NCBI GenBank assembly: GCA_964016885.1
Contig: CAXHJY010000523.1
Coordinates: 124,001 to 188,000 of the forward strand
Direction of reading: 5' to 3'
Source: Eledone cirrhosa
Lineage: Eukaryota
Length of the DNA: 64,000 bases
The notes under the pieces are model-generated. The model was not told the origin of the DNA, searched no databases, and worked only from the letters and a program-made list of their open reading frames with translations. The first letter of the stretch is position 1. Every line of letters starts with the position of its first letter. This document shows, one piece after another, positions 61,801 through 64,000 of this stretch. The translations under genes and the position numbers were made by a program.

Positions 61801-62082
61801 CACAGGCTGAATATCCACAGTGACACTAGTTGACAGTAAGCACACACAGGCTGAATATCCACAGTGACACTAGTTGACAGTAAGACACACACACACACAG
61901 GCTGAATATCCACAGTGACACTAGTTGACAGTAAGACACACACACAGCCTGAATATCCACAGTGACACTAGTTGACAGTAAGACACACACACACACAGGC
62001 TGAATATCCACAGTGACACTAGTTGACAGTAACACACACACACACAGGCTGAATATCTACAGTGATACAAGTTGACAGTAAG

Positions 62083-62113
<31 letters not shown>

Positions 62114-64000
62114 CTGAATATCCACAGTGACACTAGTTGATTGTAAGACACACACAGGCTGAATATCCACAGTGACAATAGTTGACTGTAAGACACACAC
62201 AGGCTGAATATCCACAGTGACACTAGTTGACAGTAACACACACACACAGGCTGAATATCCACAGTGACACTACTTGACAGTAAGACAGACACACACACAG
62301 GCTGAATATCCACAGTGAAACTAATTGACAGTAAGACACACACACACAGGCTGAATATCCACAGTGACACTAGTTGACAGTAAGACAGACACACACACAG
62401 GCTGAATATCCACAGCAACACTAGTTGACATTAAGACAGACACACACACAGGCTGAATATCCACAGTGACACTAGTTGACAGTAAGACACACACACACAG
62501 GCTGAATATCCACAGTGATACAAGTTCAACATAAGACACACACAGGCTGAATATCCACAGTGACACTAGTTGACAGTAAGACACACACACACACACAGGC
62601 TGAATATCCACAGTGACACTAGTTGACAGTAACACGCACACACACAGGCTTAATATCCACAGTGACACTAGTTGACAGTAAGACACACACAGGCTGAATA
62701 TCCACAGTGACACTAGCTGACTGTAAGACACACACAGGCTGAATATCCACAGTGACACTAGTTGACAGTAAGACACACACACACAGGCTGAATATCCACA
62801 GTGACACTAGTTGACAGTAAGACACACACACACAGACTGAATATCCACAGTGAAACTAGTTGACAGTAAGACACACACACACAGGCTGAATATCCACCGT
62901 GACACTAGTTGACAGTAAGAGAGACACACACACAGGCTGAATATCCACCATAACACTAGTTGACGGTAAGACACACACAGGCTGAATATCCACAGTGACA
63001 CTAGTTGACAGTAAGACACACACACACAGGCTGAATATCCACAGTGATACTAGTTGACCATAAGATACACACAGGCTGAAAATCCACAGTGACACTAGTT
63101 GACAGTAAGACACACACACACAGGCTGAATATGCACAGTGACACAAGCTGACAGTAAGACACACACAGGCTGAATATCCACAGTGACACTAGTTGACAGT
63201 AAGACACACACACACACAGACTGAATATCCACAGTGACACTAGTTGACAGTAAGACACACACACACAGGCTGAATATCAACAGTGACACTAGTTGACAGT
63301 AAGACACACACACACAGGCTGAATAACCACAGTGACACTAGTTGACTGTATCACACACATACGGGCTGAATATACACAGTGACACTAGTTGACAGTAAGA
63401 CACACACACACTCAGGCTGAATATCAACAGTGACACTAGTTGACAGTAAGACACACACACACACACAGGCTGAATATCAACAGTGACACTAGTTGACAGT
63501 AAGACACACACACACAGGCTGAATAACCAGAGTGACGCTAGATGACAGTAACACACACACAGGCTGAATATCCACAGTGACGCTAGATGACAGTAACACA
63601 CACACAGGCTGAATATCCACAGTGACACTAGTTGACAGTAAGACACACACACACAGGCTGAATATCCACAGTGACACTAATTGACATTAAGACACACACA
63701 CACAGGCTGAACATCAACAGTGACACTAGTTGACAGTAAGACACACACACACAGGCTGAATAACCACAGTGACACTAGTTGACTGTATCACACAAACACA
63801 GACTGAATATCCACAGTGACACTAGTTGACAGTAAGACACACACACACTCAGGCTGAATATCCACACTGACACTAGTTGACAGTAAGACACACACAGACA
63901 GGCTGAATAACCACATTGACACTAGTTGACTGTATCACACACATACGGGCTGAATATACACAGTGACACTAGTTGACAGTAAGACACACACACACTCAGG
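58890..64000 (+). repeat. Recent copy of ~49.07-53.48 kb (offset 9,825, then 10,519-10,520), truncated by the window end
   Basis: GGCAGAATATCAAC at 49067/58892. Identical ORFs offset by 10520 (50681/61201, 51401/61921, 51801/62321, 52818/63338). Variants such as CAAGTTCAACAT, CACCATAAC and CAGCAAC are seen only in these two copies. Confidence 0.92.
59250..60640 (+). repeat. 694-bp tandem duplication (14 monomers)
   Basis: AATTA marker at 59291/59985 and CCAAGG at 59455/60149. It accounts for the offset change from 9825 to 10519 relative to the 49-50 kb copy. Confidence 0.85.

Larger units (their letters stand above)
1..64000 (+). repeat. Satellite DNA array: 37-bp core GGCTGAATATCCACAGTGACACTAGTTGACAGTAAGA plus (CA)n tail; monomers mostly 45/49/51 bp; ~1,300 copies, head-to-tail, running off both window ends
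   Basis: The same core recurs every ~45-55 bp from base 1 to 64000, with no unique spacer and no inversion seen. The 49-bp consensus has A19 C13 G9 T8 (about 45% GC), no CpG, one SpeI site (ACTAGT) and one HincII site (GTTGAC). Confidence 0.99.

Noticed and set aside
28-63677. The many - strand ORFs encoding Cys/Val/Ser/Leu-rich peptides, including four of 355 aa
   Set aside because: They are translations of the satellite. Overlapping frames are equally open, starts are mostly GTG within (TG)n, frames switch whenever CA length changes, and ORF length simply tracks runs of 45/51-bp monomers. No domain or gene structure is evident.
1-64000. CRISPR-like layout: a 37-bp partly palindromic repeat with variable intervening sequence
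   Set aside because: The 'spacers' are only (CA)n of mostly 8-14 bp rather than unique 25-45 bp sequences, the repeats carry inherited variants in higher-order patterns, and no cas genes or leader are present.
1-64000. Functional antigen-receptor (V/D/J) locus suggested by the RSS heptamers
   Set aside because: There are no canonical nonamers, no V/J coding segments and no 12/23 pairing; kept only as a speculative cryptic-RSS note.
1-64000. Telomeric repeat, rDNA/5S, tRNA or snRNA tandem gene array
   Set aside because: There is no TTAGGG-type motif, no recognisable Pol III A/B boxes or oligo-T terminator, and the unit is too short and unlike known structural RNAs.
1-64000. Purely artefactual sequence (rolling-circle, PCR or adapter concatemer)
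   Set aside because: Complex variants are inherited in ordered, nested blocks over tens of kb, which random sequencing error or a single-template concatemer would not produce. Individual large duplications still need read support.
1-64000. Assignment to a specific taxon, centromere or programmed-DNA-elimination system
   Set aside because: No CENP-B box or other diagnostic motif was recognised and there is no flanking unique sequence, so the window alone cannot support it.

Overview
The whole 64 kb window is one uninterrupted, head-to-tail tandem repeat array (satellite DNA) of roughly 1,300 monomers (64,000/~49), all in one orientation. The + strand consensus is a 37-bp core, GGCTGAATATCCACAGTGACACTAGTTGACAGTAAGA, followed by a (CA)n tail. 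Monomers are mostly 45, 49 or 51 bp (n=4, 6, 7), with occasional tails of n=10-18. I found no unique sequence, credible gene, RNA gene, transposon or CRISPR array. All listed ORFs are explained by the repeat: the + strand has stops in all three frames in every consensus monomer, the - strand has only one, and the 'M' starts are mostly GTG codons in (TG)n. The real content is a nested duplication history readable from diagnostic variants: 98-241 bp mini-repeats, a pure 45-bp sub-array, a ~3.7 kb higher-order repeat (HOR) with deletion derivatives, and segmental duplications at offsets of about 0.7, 2.0, 2.2, 7.4, 10.5, 18.9 and 44.6 kb. Each consensus monomer also carries a perfect V(D)J RSS heptamer (CACAGTG) and a quasi-palindrome centred on ACTAGT; any function for these is speculative. 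The sequence looks like eukaryotic (probably animal) heterochromatin, but taxon and chromosomal location cannot be determined from it. Coordinates were read by eye and from offsets between identical ORF-track entries, so block boundaries are approximate (about one monomer).
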